This document shows, piece by piece, positions 1 to 11,830 of a stretch of 64,000 bases of DNA (its first letter is position 1; every line of letters begins with the position of its first letter). Both the position numbers and the translations under genes were made by a program. The notes beneath the pieces were generated by a model, which searched no databases, was not told where the DNA came from, and saw only the letters and a list, made by a program, of their open reading frames with translations. This DNA comes from the human T2T-CHM13v2.0 reference genome, Homo sapiens, in contig CP068257.2 in the NCBI GenBank assembly GCA_009914755.4, positions 43,520,001 to 43,584,000 of the forward strand, read 5' to 3'.

Positions 1-2048
1 AAGGCCCAGATCTCCTAGAACCCGTTGTAATGGCTATGTGTGTACCTTTCACTGCATCTGTGCTGATGGGCCTCGCAGCACAAGAAAGACTCTGCTGCCT
101 GGGCAGGAGCTCCTCTCAGCTACAGGGTGCATTTCAAGCACAGGTGCATACACTCTAGGTTAACAGTTGAAATTCTAAAGTAAGCATGTAGAAGTAGATT
201 TGTGAAATTGCACTTGAAATACCATGGAAATTGGATCCAAAGCAGATTGAACAGTGCCAATTCTTAGTGCAGTTATAAGTGTTAATATTGAAAATAAAGT
301 TTACATCGTTGTCTTTTTTTTCCCTTTGATTCCAGAAAATTAACTACAATTTTCAAATAAGCAGGAACTTACTTAGGTTGTGTTAAGTAGAGCAAAGTGG
401 ACAGTCTTTCAAATGCATTGCTGCTGCGTTTGCACTGTGAAGGACGGAGCAACTTCACGAAGGCAGGGCCCTGTGAAGGTTTGTGCTCTCGTGTGCCGGC
501 TCTGACCTGTGATTTTGTTGCTGGATGTCTCCTTCAGCAGTTCATGTGGCTTTCTAAAGCTTGCCATTGCTTAGGCATGCCTGACTGAGGCGGGAAACAA
601 GCGTGTGGATCAGTGTGGCTCTGTATGTGTGAACATGTATGGACATATGTGCATAGGGTGGGGGTAACGAGGGAGAGGGACAAGAAGGGCCAGGGCTTGT
701 GACCACATCAGAAGCAAGGGTGATGCTCTGTGGCACAGCTGGCCCTCGAAGTCACTCAGGGACCTAGGTTTCTTCCATCCTTAAGCTCTGTTCTCTAACA
801 GAAGTCACCCTGGCAGTTGCTTCTAGTCCAGCAATAGAAAGGTGAGAAAGAATACAGAGAAGCACGCAGGAAGCTGTGTGAGTTGGCCCAGATGCAGTGG
901 CACACACCACAAATTGCACAGCACCCCCACAGGAGGCGAGCCTGTGTCCTTGCCCATCACCTCTTTCCAGCTGGTGTCCAGACCTCGGGGTGATCACTGA
1001 TTGTTGTTTCGTTGGTCTGGCTGTGGCTCTTCTTGGGCCAGCAGCCTGGGAGCCACACAGGGACAGGGTAACTGCGATAAAATACAATTATGCAGGAGAG
1101 GAGGCGGAAGGGCCCAGCCTGGCCCTGTCTGGCCAGCTTCCTGCACCCTGCACAGCAGGGAGCATCCTCATTCTCCAGACCCTGATTCTTCTCGGGTTGG
1201 GGCGGGAGGGGGGAACTCCCTTGTCCATTGTTCTCTCAGCCACTGGCCTCATCCTTTGGGGGTTCTTTCTGATCATCGCCTCCAGAGTCCCATCTGAAGA
1301 GGGTATCAGTGTAGAACACAGTGAGGCAGAATGTGGAAGCAAACGGGACCATCTGGAAGTTTTGCTCTAGGCCTTATAAAACACATAATTTGTTAGGTGT
1401 AAAATATATAGTATGTTGTAGTAGTGATAATAGGATGGAATAAATGCCTTAGATTTGCAAAATTGGGTCAGAGAGTTTAGGGATCTTTGGTCCTGTACCA
1501 GTGACATCATTTTGTGGCTCTTGGGGATTTGGGGAGGGACCTCCCCGAGGCCACTGTGCAGCAGCCTCATGCCCAGGGCTCACAGGTCCCATATGTGTTT
1601 CCTCCACCAAAGCACCCTGAGCTGTCCTACCTTCCTCACATCCCCACACCCCGCGGGTGTCCCTCTGCTTAGCAGCTATTTATTCTGCCTGTATTTGGGC
1701 CAACTGCACAGGCTGTCTGAGACCTGACAGTATGCTAGAATGTACAGGGCATACAATATTTTGTGTAATATCATGGAAAAGTGTGCCGTTCTTTCGGTTG
1801 ACGGTGGTTGCAGATAAGACTGCAGAGACAGCTTGTGGTGGGTTGGAGTGTGACTCAGTCTCCCGTGGGTCTGCTCCCCTTCCAGACTGCATGTGGAATT
1901 CTGTATAGAGTAAGGCATATTCGTGTATGTGGGAGGGAGGCTTAGAATAAAATTTATTTTTTTTCTTATGGAAGCAGTACATGTTCATTGTAAGAATTAG
2001 GAAACATAGATACAAAATAAACTTTATGAAAAAGCAAAGGTGATCATC

Positions 2049-2407
2049 TGCATTAGTCTGTTTTCACACTGCTAATAAAGACTGAATAATTTATAAAGTA
2101 AGGTTTAATTGACTCACCGTTCCACATGACTGCAGAGGCCTCTCAATCATGACGGAAGATGAAGGAGGAACAAAGGGACGTCTTATATGGCAGCCAGCAA
2201 AGAGAGAAATGAGAACCAAGCGAAAGGGGAAACTCCTTTTAAAAAGTCAGATCTCATGAGACTTCTTCACTACCACGAGAACAGTATGGGGGAAACTGCA
2301 CCTGTGATTCAATTATCTCCCACTGGGTCCCTCCCACACTCGTGGGAATTATGGGAGCTACAATTCAAGACGAGATTTGGGTGGGGACACAGCCAAACTA
2401 TATCATC
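2049..2407 (-). mobile_element. THE1-family (MaLR) solo LTR, antisense.
   Basis: Reverse complement of the THE1 consensus: tgcattagtctgttttcacactgctaataaagac...ctcccactgggtccctcccacactcgtgggaattatgggagctacaattcaagacgagatttgggtggggacacagccaaactatatca. Confidence 0.75.
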
Positions 2408-5400
2408 ATCCTTGAAGCTAAATCTTTGAATGGGAGCAAAACCATAATAATTTTCTTCCAATTCGTAGTACTAGAATTAGATTTAGAAGTGTTTAAGGCT
2501 TTATATTTTTGTCTTACTATGACCAGGGGCTCAGTAATGCCTTACTTCTGCCTTGGAGGATGATGTGAGCATACAAGAGGGGTGGCCGCATCCCTCCAGC
2601 TTCATTCCTGGTGTCCAATGGGAGGCGAATAGGCCCCTTTGCACCTCTTAACCACCATAGTCCTCTCCCATTGCCAGCCTCTTCTGACTTTTGGGATTGT
2701 TTTACCCTCTGGACAGCAGTGTGAACAAGGTATGTCAGGCCAAGGGGGCTGCTCCCCATGGGAGGCCTGGCCGTGTTGGCTTCCAAGAGGCCAGATGGGT
2801 GCTGCTCACCATAGAAAGTGACCCTTTTCCCTGTTCCTGAGCCAACCTGTCACTTCCATGCGCTGTGTGTCACTTTGAAAACTATCTTTGCTTTCTGCAA
2901 AATGAAAGGAAACTTTCAAAAGTCAACGTATTAAAGCCTGTTTGCATTTATTCTTTTATGAATTTTGCTCACATTTTTTAATTGGGTGTTTGTCTAAAGA
3001 CAATTATCGATCATAGTAGGCTGCTGGAAGGTTGACCACAGAAACCTGGTTCTCTTTCAGGGAGGTCACCATGTCTGCCTCCAGGCCCATCGGGTAGGGG
3101 CTGCCTTCTGTCAAGGCACATGCTCCAGGTCCCTTAGATGGAAGGAAAACACATGGTCTTTATCCAGTGGACTCAGGGTGCAGGTAACTGAAGGAATTAA
3201 CCTCCATCATTTTCACAGATCCTCGTAGAGCTGGACCGAAGGAGGTGGGAGATCCCTGCCGGGAGCCGCTGCAGTGGGAGGGCTTACAGACGTTCGCATA
3301 GTCTCTTTCTGTTTGGTTGTTTTAACTCCCATTAAAAGGAGTGGCTTTCAGCCTTCTTGCTTACTGTCTTGTGATGTATGTGTGTTCACATGTTCCATGC
3401 ACATTTGTAACGCTTACCATGCTCTCTGATTCAGCTTTGTTCCCTTAGAGTTGCCCCAGCACTGCTTTGCCATGATGATTGTGGTTTTTAAAATACTTCC
3501 AGTTGCTTACTTCTGTTTAGTTATCTCAGTGCTAAATATTGTTAATTAATTAAATATAAGCAGCATGTTCTAGATTTTATGTGTCTGGAATTCTTACTAA
3601 AAATCTTCCTGGATATGACTTCCAGTCATAACGTTATGGATTTTATTGTAAACAAGGTAGAATTTTATTTGCCTTTTAATCATTTCATTATGGTGAGTGT
3701 CCTCCTTACAGAGCGTGTACTGAATTTGGGTTTTACTCCTTTTTTGTTCATTTCCACAAGTTGAACTCTGTGTTATTATCCTATTTTCTGTTAGGGTCAT
3801 TGTGTTGTTAAGTAATCGACTTACATAGAAGGTGTGCACCTAGAAGGTTAACAGAAAACAAGTTGAAACATGACTGAAAATATATTTCTGTAAGAATTAC
3901 TGTAATTCTTCTGAGAGTATAAATAGCCAGGGTTTTAAAGATCTGCTTTATAGGATTTATACTGCAAATAACTTGGCAGGATTAATTGGCCTGCATTTGC
4001 TTGCTGTAGTCAGTACCATCTAGTGTTTTAGTCAATATCAGTTTTTGTAGTGTGGATGAGGCTGGTGATGGCAGCTGCAGCCTGTCTGGAGTTGCTGCTG
4101 CCGTGGTGTCAGCTGCAGCGGGGGAGGCTAGGGCTCTGTGCTCCGCAAGTTGGTGGGAACCGGGAACAGGTGGAAGCCCCACCCCCTTCCAAGTTGGAGG
4201 GGCAGGAGCCCCGCCATCCTGGGCACAGCTGCAGCCGTCCATTAGAAGCTGTGGACCCAGGCATCCCTGCACTCACCGGGGCCCAGGAAGCCCCCCTGCC
4301 CCGACAGGCTGAGAAGTGCCTGCTCCCACTGCTTGGTCTCTCCCCACTCCCAGCACCTGCTCCAGTTTCAGATCAAAGTTGTGGCCGAGCTGGGACACTG
4401 TCACAACCTGGCTGGGTGTGTGTTTGCTCAGGGCAGTGCTGACATGCCAGCACCCTGCTGCCTCGGCACCCCCAGACTTTGGGTGCTGACAAGCATGAGA
4501 GGGAGGCCAACGCGGGGCTGAGGGAAGCACAGCGCAGGCCTTGCAGCCGCCCCTCGGCAGGAACACTCTGGATGCCATGCACACTGTGGATGGCAGGATA
4601 ATGGTGGCCGGAGGCAGACAAGCTCCTGGGAAGAAAGGGGAGGGTCCCTGGTGAAACTCCACCTTCAGCTTACAGAGGGCTTAAGGCCTGGGGCCCAGGC
4701 TGTCAGTTCCACAGACCGGAGTGAGAACTTACGGTGCTTTTCCAGGGCTCACCCGTGACTGCCCATGCACCAATCAGCACACACTTTCCTCTGAAGCCCA
4801 TAAAAACCCCCGGACTCAGCCAGACTTGGGCAGAAGACAGGACGACCTGCTTATGGAGAATAGCTGCCCACTGTGGGTCTCTCTGAGCTGTTCTGTCACT
4901 CAATGAAGCACCTCTTCACATTGCTCACCTTCCACTTGTCCACGCACCTCATTCTTCCTGGACATGGGAGAAGAACTCAGGACCTGCTGAATGGCAGGTC
5001 TGAAAGAGCTGTAACACAAACAGGGCTGAAACACACCCATTGTTTGCCACATTGCAGGCAATGAGGAGAGGAGGAGAGAAGGAGAGAAGAGCTGCAGCCC
5101 TTCAAGGAGCCCAGACCTAGGAGCTCCCTGAGCCAGGGCAGTGATGCCCCCTTTGGGGCCCTGCGGTTCCTGGTGTTTCCAAGCTTCTGGGCACTACCGT
5201 ATTCCCTGGTTTCAGCCATGGAAGCTGTGTGTGGTATGCCTGGTTCAGCTGCAGCCTTGCAGGGAGCCAGTGTCCATGCCAGTGCCTAGGTCTGCCCGTC
5301 TCACCTGCCTGGCTGTACACAATGGCTGGACCCCACGCCCACTCACTCACACACCCCTTGCCACTCCACACCTGGCTCCCCCTTGGCAGGCATGGGATCC

Positions 5401-5755
5401 AGGCTGGAAGTGTGAGCCGAGCGCAGCCTGCCAGGCTGTGTGGGCAGAATGAGCCCAGCAGGCCCAAGCAAAACTCGGGTAAAGGCGCCACCAGTGATGG
5501 AGGTTTCTGGCCAGAAAAATGATACCCTGAGGATCCTATGACACTGGGTTCTGATTTACCAAAAAGAGCCACACCTGACTAGGGACATGGGGAAGCAGGG
5601 GCATGCAGGTCTGTCCATGAAAGCCCCACTCCTTGCTTTAGGGACAGTAGCTGATGCCCATGAGCGCTCCTTCATGCAGGTGCTGTGCTAGCACTGAATC
5701 ACCAGGGCTTGCTCCGCCTATAGAACCACAACCAAGAAGATGGGAGAGACTCTCA

Positions 5756-5940
5756 GCTCACAGCACCAGACACTTCAGACCCAGGTTGGAGAGCTCAAAG
5801 GCCTGAAACAGGCTCCAAGAAGATGTGAGTCTGAATTCACAGCACCAGACACTTCAGACCCAGATGTGAATCTTAACTCACAGCACCAGACACTTCAGAC
5901 CCAGGTCGGAGAGCTCGAGGGCCTGAAACAGGCTCAGTCC
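5756..5940. repeat. Local tandem duplication: three copies of the ~26-nt core cacagcaccagacacttcagacccag, two of them extended to ~60 nt (ggt(t/c)ggagagctc(a/g)a(a/g)ggcctgaaacaggctc).
   Basis: The core occurs at 5760, 5837 and 5880. The extended copies are at 5756-5818 and 5876-5940. Confidence 0.8.
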
Positions 5941-8900
5941 CAGACTCTCACCCAGTGCTCCCTTGCCCGCTCGGCCAACTGTCGTTTTGCAGACGGCAGG
6001 CTGGTCAGAGGCTTCCCATCCAGAGTGACCCATGAGGTGTTTCTGTTCCTTAGAAGAGGACGCTAATAGCTGCCTGGGAAAACAGTTGTTAATGAGGATT
6101 GTACTAAGTAGATCCCTTTCACATCAATAGTAACCAGTTTAAAGCCTTTTCATTTACAAATATTTCTGATTTAAGGACTTAGAGGTCAGTTCGTATACAG
6201 TCAAGTTTAGATGTGTTTTGGAGAAAGTGGATACAGCCCACAAGGTCCCAAAAGGCAACAGGGCACAGGTAACATTCCCTGGCTGTGATTAGTTGGTTGA
6301 GGACATCACAATTGGAAGCATCCACGTTCTTCCTCACAGGAAGCACTTGGCTGAGAGCTGTGGACACTGAGGATGAGGCTTGAGTCTGTCCTAGCAGAGC
6401 TCAGGGCCTGGTGGGAAAAGCAGGGTGGTCAGGCCAGCGGGGGAGTGAGCAGGGAGGGGCAACCAGCTTTGCACAAGGAGCCAGGAATCTCCCCCCCACC
6501 TCCACCCTGCACCAGGGGCGCTGACTCTGGGCCCTCAAGGCCCCCCACTGGGGACGCTGACTCTGGGCCCTCAAGGCCAGTGGCATCCACAGCTCCATCC
6601 ACAGCAGCGAGCCTTGTGCAGTTTCACCACAATAGTAGCACATGTGTGACCTCCTGGGGGCTGCTGGGGCCTATGGGAGTCGGGTGTGGACGGTGTGCTC
6701 CCTGGGCCTGCTCGGGGATGCTGAGTACCAGGCAGCAGTGAGTGGGGTGACTGAAGGGAAACTCGAGGGACATCTGGCCCTCTGCTCTGCCACGCTTGTC
6801 CCCATGCTTGCTGTGTTTGGTTTGGGGCCATTGGCCCTGCTCCTGTAGACTCAGAGTAGCTGTCTGTCCCACGTTGCCATAGCTGAGTTCACTCGGCACA
6901 GTCACCTTGGGCTGTGTGCTTTTTTTGCTGATCCCTTAACTGGTGAGAACTAGTGTACATTTGAACACTTGCCATCCAGTTGACACCTTTCAATAAAAAT
7001 TGCAGATTAATAATAAATGATAGAAGTTCATGCTTTTTCCTTCTGGTGAAGACCAACACATGGCCCTGTTTTAAAGAGCAGAAAGCTGCAGAGCCACTGC
7101 CACGTCGCAGGCACCATCCAGGATGTGTAGGCGTCTCAGGGATGTTACGGCACTCAGAGGATTGGTTTATTTTTAGGAAACAACTGTAGCAGCCAAGTGA
7201 AGACTCTGGACAGGGGAGGACAGCTGTTGAATGTGTCCACAGGGCCTGAAGTAGGCCACGAAAGCCCCAAGTTTGCCCCTGCGTTGGCACAAGTACTGGG
7301 GCTGCCAAGGAAAAGGCGGGGGTGGAGGAACTCAGTGTACAGCATGCCTGTGGGGGCAGGCATGGCGCCCGGGGTGGAGGGGTGGAGGAGACCGAGCCTG
7401 CCCCAGCCATGTGGGCCTCGCAGCCCACTGGGAGAGGCAGGCCACAAACAGGGAGACAAATTGTGGATTGCACTGTGCGTGGAGGGAGAGGGAGGGGGGC
7501 GGTGGGGTGGGTTGGTGCCGTGTGAGCTGGGACTTGAGCAGTAAGGTGGGGTCTGATGAAGCCTTGCGCGAGGACATGGCAGGGAGGGAACAGGGAAGCA
7601 CCCCAGGAAGTTGGAGAGGCTCTGGTGGGCATAGCGAAGGGCTGACGATGAGCACATGGGCATGTGTTAGAGCACGTTTTTTATTTATAAGGACATAACC
7701 CTGGCTGCTGCGAGGAGAGGGGCTCTCAGGGTCAAGAGAAGGCAGAGAGGCTCCTGCACAAGCTGAGTGGTAACAGCAGCGCAGAAGCAGACAGGCTGAT
7801 GTGTTTAGCCCAACTTTGGGAGAAAAGCTGGTGACATGGGGTGTGGGGTGAGAGGGGAGAGAGAACCAGGTAGTCTCCAGGTGTCTGGCCTGATGGCTGC
7901 AGCGAGGTGACAGGATTTACACATGTGCATTGGTACACCTGCTGCCCGGGATGGCCAGGTGAACAAGGAGTTGGCCTTTGTCAAAGCTGAAAACACCTTA
8001 CTTGAGGCCCCCTGGAGCGCCCAGGCCTCACCAGGCCCACCCCCGCCCAGCCACCCTAGAGTTGCCTTGCTGGGCCAGTCTACTACTGTCTGTGCGACTG
8101 GCATGTGGTTCTCCCGTGATGCATCCCTTTTAGTGAGGAAGGAACTAGAGCCACAGTTTGATGAAGTTGCTGACTGGACCACTGAGGTGTTAGTGCCCTG
8201 TGCAAGGTGCCCTGACACCTCTGCATGTTTCTTTCTGTCATTTGTCCTTGCTAGAATTTCCTCTTCTGTTTCAGTAGATTCCTATTCTCATCAATATTTC
8301 CCACTTAATATGATGAATATTGTACATTATTATTCTTATTTTAATTATCTCCTTTTGCATTGCACTAGAAAAAATGTGTTTGCTGAAAATTAGGCACAAA
8401 TCTTGCTTGCTCTGTGTACAAGATCTATAAAGATTCACTTAGCAGCTTGCAGGGACGGTTTCCTAGAAGGTAAAATATTTCACTGAAAATATTATCAATT
8501 GAATATTTTGGAACACTTTAGTGATATTGTTTGGTTTAGATAATACTGAAAGCAAAATATAAATTATGAGGTGAAGTGTATCTCTAAACATGCATGATTC
8601 GCTTGTTGAGTTTCAGATTGTTTTCGTTCAAATGATGTAAGAGGTTTATACTTCAGTTGCTTTTGTTAAATAAGCAAATCATCTTTCAATTTTTTTGCTA
8701 CAAAGTTAATCTAGCTTTGGAATGCTGCTTGATGTATAGTAAAGAATGAACACGAATAATCTCCACTTTAATACCGTTTCTTTTTTTTTTTTTAGTTTGC
8801 AGTTCAAAGCTATTAAATATGGAACCCATAGCAGTCATAAAGAATATGTAAAAGTTTTCTCAAAGCTATCCATTTTTGAGGGGAAAATGGATTTAATCCA

Positions 8901-10423
8901 GTAATATATGTTAGTAATTTTAATCAAGTTCACCAGTTGTCTTAAACAGTTTTTAATCTATAAACTTTTAGTGGACTCCTAAAGATGACATTTTTTACCA
9001 GCACAATAGAAACTATTCAAGTTCTGATGCATCTTTAATGTAAATAAGTCATGTTTTTAATATTTTATTCCAGGATATGTTTTTTCATTAAGGGAAGGGG
9101 AGAAAAAGGGTAGGTATGCTCATTGTCCAAAGTTGATAAGAACATTATATTTATATATATTGTTTATACTTGTGGTTGCAATGTATCTATAAAAAGGTAT
9201 AAAGAATAATATAACAATCATTTACCTACCCCCAGTACAAAACGTATAACATTGTCAATTTGACCATGTTAGCTGAAATCAAAAGCGAGCTCATGAAGAA
9301 ATGATCAGGACACGGTGAGGGAACGGCCTTGTTTGATCCAGCTTGATCTTCTTCCATGTCGGCACCCAGTGTCTGGTCCTGTTTATTAAAAATAAAAAGC
9401 ATGTTCATATGTCCCTGATTTAAAATGCCACCTTTACCAAATATTCTGTGTCTGGATGTGTTGTGTCTGATTCTGGGTTTTTCTTCCATCACATTGACCC
9501 TCTTTGTCCGTGAGCCACGCTGTGTTGCGTTAGGCACTGAGGCTCTTTATTTCTAATAGGAAGGACTAAGCCACCTGCTCCTTTGGTTCAGAGTTTTCCT
9601 GAGTATTTGAGTCTGTTTATCCTTTTCACGTAAATGTTAGAATCAGCTTGTCTAGTTCCATTAAAACAAGTTGGATTTGTACCTGGAACCAAGTGAAACT
9701 GAAGTCTCAGGTCTTCTGCAGTCAAGTTCAATGTTCTTCCACACTCACCACCTCCCAGCTCTGTCTTCTTACTGCATTAGGAGGCATTCTGAGAAATGAA
9801 GAGGTTGTTTTGAATATTGCTATCAAATAAGTCTTTTTTTTTTAATTGACCATTCTTGGAATTTTGTTCCATAGGGGATATTTGATAGGGTTTTAATTCT
9901 TATTTGTTTGTAGTTCAGGTCATAAGAGGTTCTTTTAAAAAGGGAAGAAAAAATAGCTCTGTGAAATGTGCTAAAGTGCTTGCATGTGCTGTTTTGCTTT
10001 GTTTTATAACCTTTGGTACAAGAGTTGGCATTCGTCAAAACTGAAAACGTTGGCTTCTGCTCTGCAAGAGATTTGTAGCTCCCATTCTTAATGTGGGCGG
10101 TACCTGCAGGTACTCACCTGCCACCACACTCGGCATGACTATTTTCTACTGCGAGACATTTTCCATGTCCTTTTAAAAGAATTTTAATATGTAAGGGCAG
10201 GAAAACAAAGTGAACTGTATGAATTAGGTGAACTACATGAGCTGGGCTCACTCCTGTGCCTCTGCACTTTTATTGTTGTTGTAAAGTTTGTTTTTCCTGG
10301 TCCCAGAAATCTGAGAGAAGTCAGCCTTCTCAGGCAAACCAATTATTGATTAATTATGTATAAGAATTAAATTAGCCATTTGTGTGTCTTCTGCCTATTA
10401 TTAATAAACTTTTTATTTTGAAG

Positions 10424-10710
10424 GCTGGGTGCGGTGACTCATGCCTGTAATCCCAGCACTTTGGAGGTCAAGGCAGGCAGATCACCTGAGGTCAGGAGTT
10501 CAAGACCAGCCTGGCCAACATGGTGAAACCCCATCTCTACTAAAAATACAAAAATTAGCCAGGCATGGTGGCACGTCCCTGTAATCCCAGCTACTCGGGA
10601 GGCTGAGGCAGGCAGCTTGAACCTGGGAGGTAGAGGTTGCAGTCAGCCGAGATAGCGCCACTGCACTCCAGCCTGGGTGAGCGAGATTCTCAAAAATAAA
10701 AAATAAAAAA
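10424..10710 (+). mobile_element. Alu SINE (sense, AluS-like) with A-rich tail.
   Basis: ggctgggtgcggtgactcatgcctgtaatcccagcactttggaggtcaaggcaggcagatcacctgaggtcaggagttcaagaccagcctggccaacatggtgaaaccccatctctactaaaaatacaaaaattagccaggcatggtggc... Confidence 0.9.
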
Positions 10711-10715
10711 TACTT

Positions 10716-11830
10716 TTTATTTTGAGATAATATAGATTCACATGTAGTTGTAAGAAGTAATACTTATATGAACGTAAGCCTTCATTTCTCTGGGATAAAT
10801 GCCCAGGAGTACAATTGCTGAGTCATGTGGTAGTTGCATATTTTATTTTTAAGAAACTGCCAAACTACTTTCTAGAGTAGCTATCCCATTTTACATTTCT
10901 GCCAGCAGTCTATGAGAGATCCCTTTTCTCCACAGCCTCATTTCACCTGGGGCTGTCACTATCTTTAAAGCAACACTATGTTGAATAGCCCTTCTCGGAG
11001 GTGTGCAGCGGAGTTATCTCACGGTAGTTCTCAGCTGCATTTCCCTAGTGACTCGTGATCCTGAGCATCTTTTCATGAGTTTATTTTCCATCTGTAGATC
11101 CTCTTCGTGTCCTTTGCCCATTTTCTAATTGGACTATTTGTTTATTTTACTGTTGAGCTTTGAGAATTTCTTATATATTCTATTTGTTGGATATATATTT
11201 TTCAAATATTTTCTCCCAGTCTGTAGCTTGTTTTTTCATCTTTTTAACAGGGACGTTTGCAGAGAAAAAGTTTTTAACTTCCAGTTTATCAGTTGTTTCT
11301 TTTGTGGATTGTGCTTTTGGTGTGAAGTCTAAAAACTCTTTGCCTAGCCCTAGATCCTGAGGATTTTCTCCTGTAACTTTCTAAAAGTTTTATAGTTTTA
11401 TGTTTTGCATGTAAGCCCATAATCTATTTTGAGTTAAGTTTTGAATAAGGTAGGAGACCTGAATTGAGGTTCATTTTTTTGGATCTCTAGTTGCCCCAAT
11501 AAGGCTGTGCCTCTTCACGAAATTGCTTTTGCACCTTTGTCCAAAATCAGTTGGACATATTTGTGTGGTGTATTCGGGGTTCTCTGTGCTATCCTCTTGT
11601 GATCTGCTCGTCTGCCCCTTGCCAACACTGTACCGTACCGATGACTGTAGCTTTGTAGTAAATGCTGAGATCAGCTAGACTGATTGCTCCCACTTTATTT
11701 TTTTTTTATGGTGGTTACATTAAAGTCTTTCTAAGAGAATTCTAACACCTGTGTCATCTCCGTGTTGGCATCTGTTCATTGTCTTTTTTCATTTAGTTTG
11801 ATATCTTCTGTTTCTCGATGTGACAAGTGA
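10716..11830 (-). mobile_element. LINE-1 fragment (old L1M/L1PB-type, antisense; 3' ORF2/3' UTR region).
   Basis: Antisense L1 motifs: ...aaactgccaaactactttctagagtagctatcccattttacatttctgccagcag..., ...tgagcatcttttcatg..., ...tttgcccattttctaattgg..., ...gtgcttttggtgtgaagtctaaaaactctttgcctagccc... Confidence 0.65.

Noticed and set aside
4050-8400. A dense cluster of overlapping ORFs of 100-250 aa on both strands (for example 6889-7632 minus at 247 aa, 7154-7663 minus, 4273-4662 minus)
   Set aside because: Stop-codon depletion in a GC-rich intron (Pro/Ala/Gly/Arg-rich low-complexity translations, mutually overlapping in several frames). There is no coherent frame or splice structure and no recognisable domain.
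9170-9560. A possible ancient DNA-transposon or other interspersed repeat (the ~100-aa minus-strand ORF at 9226-9537 and its flanks)
   Set aside because: I cannot match it to a repeat family from memory. Not called.
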